NCBI GenBank assembly: GCA_964035545.1
Contig: OZ037772.1
Coordinates: forward strand, 12,646,818-12,710,817
DNA length: 64,000 bases
Direction of reading: 5' to 3'
Source of the DNA: Bugula neritina
Lineage: Eukaryota; Animalia; Bryozoa
Shown here: piece after piece, positions 63,651 through 64,000 of the stretch
How the letters are laid out: every line of letters starts with the position of its first letter
How positions within the stretch are numbered: position 1 is the first letter of the stretch
Position numbers and translations under genes: made by a program
The notes under the pieces: generated by a model
Told to the model about the DNA's origin: nothing
The model's input: the letters and a program-made list of their open reading frames with translations, nothing else
Database searches by the model: none

Positions 63651-64000
63651 CGGCCCAGTTGGGTGTGAGCTCGACCGGGTCGAGAATAAGTTCATATAAA
63701 CGTGGGCAATTGCAGATCGGGACTGTTTGGTAGCTAACACTACTTCCGTGATAGCCTAACTCGCACGGGTTTATATTTGTTGCTGAAAGCTTTAAATCTT
63801 GTCAAGTTTAAGTTGAAATAATTACTACTTATTTACTTTTACTTTTATACTTGTATTATTGCGTGATGTTACTATTGTGGTGGCTCGTGGAGCTACCAGC
63901 AACACAATACGCAAGGTTGCGTATTGACCCGGAACAATGTATTAGCCAATTAGCTAGGCTGTTTTATGAGTAATAGTAGCAGCTTCGCGCTACTAGCTCA

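Overview
AT-rich, intron-rich eukaryotic DNA from an animal, most likely an invertebrate; the species cannot be determined from the sequence alone. I spliced six genes by hand, checking reading frame across splice junctions. (1) A 24-exon receptor tyrosine kinase (minus, 3068-17869, ~858 aa) with an ectodomain I cannot assign to a family. (2) A NOS1AP/CAPON-like PTB adaptor (minus, 19164-32083). (3) EDEM3 (minus, 33174-45165; GH47 + PA domain + an extra segment + KDEL). (4) A spliced THAP9/P-element transposase derivative with a large internal deletion and a frameshift (minus, 46019-49816). (5) PPP6C (plus, 50941-54574, 303 aa). (6) A 9-exon gene encoding RING finger, LIR-like motif, coiled coil and C-terminal membrane anchor (minus, 56874-61711, ~388 aa), of which the ORF track shows only one exon. 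The most striking non-coding pattern is that many introns carry their own unrelated minisatellite starting at, or containing, the splice donor or acceptor; several repeat units copy the exon-intron junction itself. Near the right end is a ~1 kb diverged inverted-repeat element whose arms conserve three hairpin stems plus CCAAT and TATA motifs. Most ORF-track entries are repeat artefacts or exon fragments.
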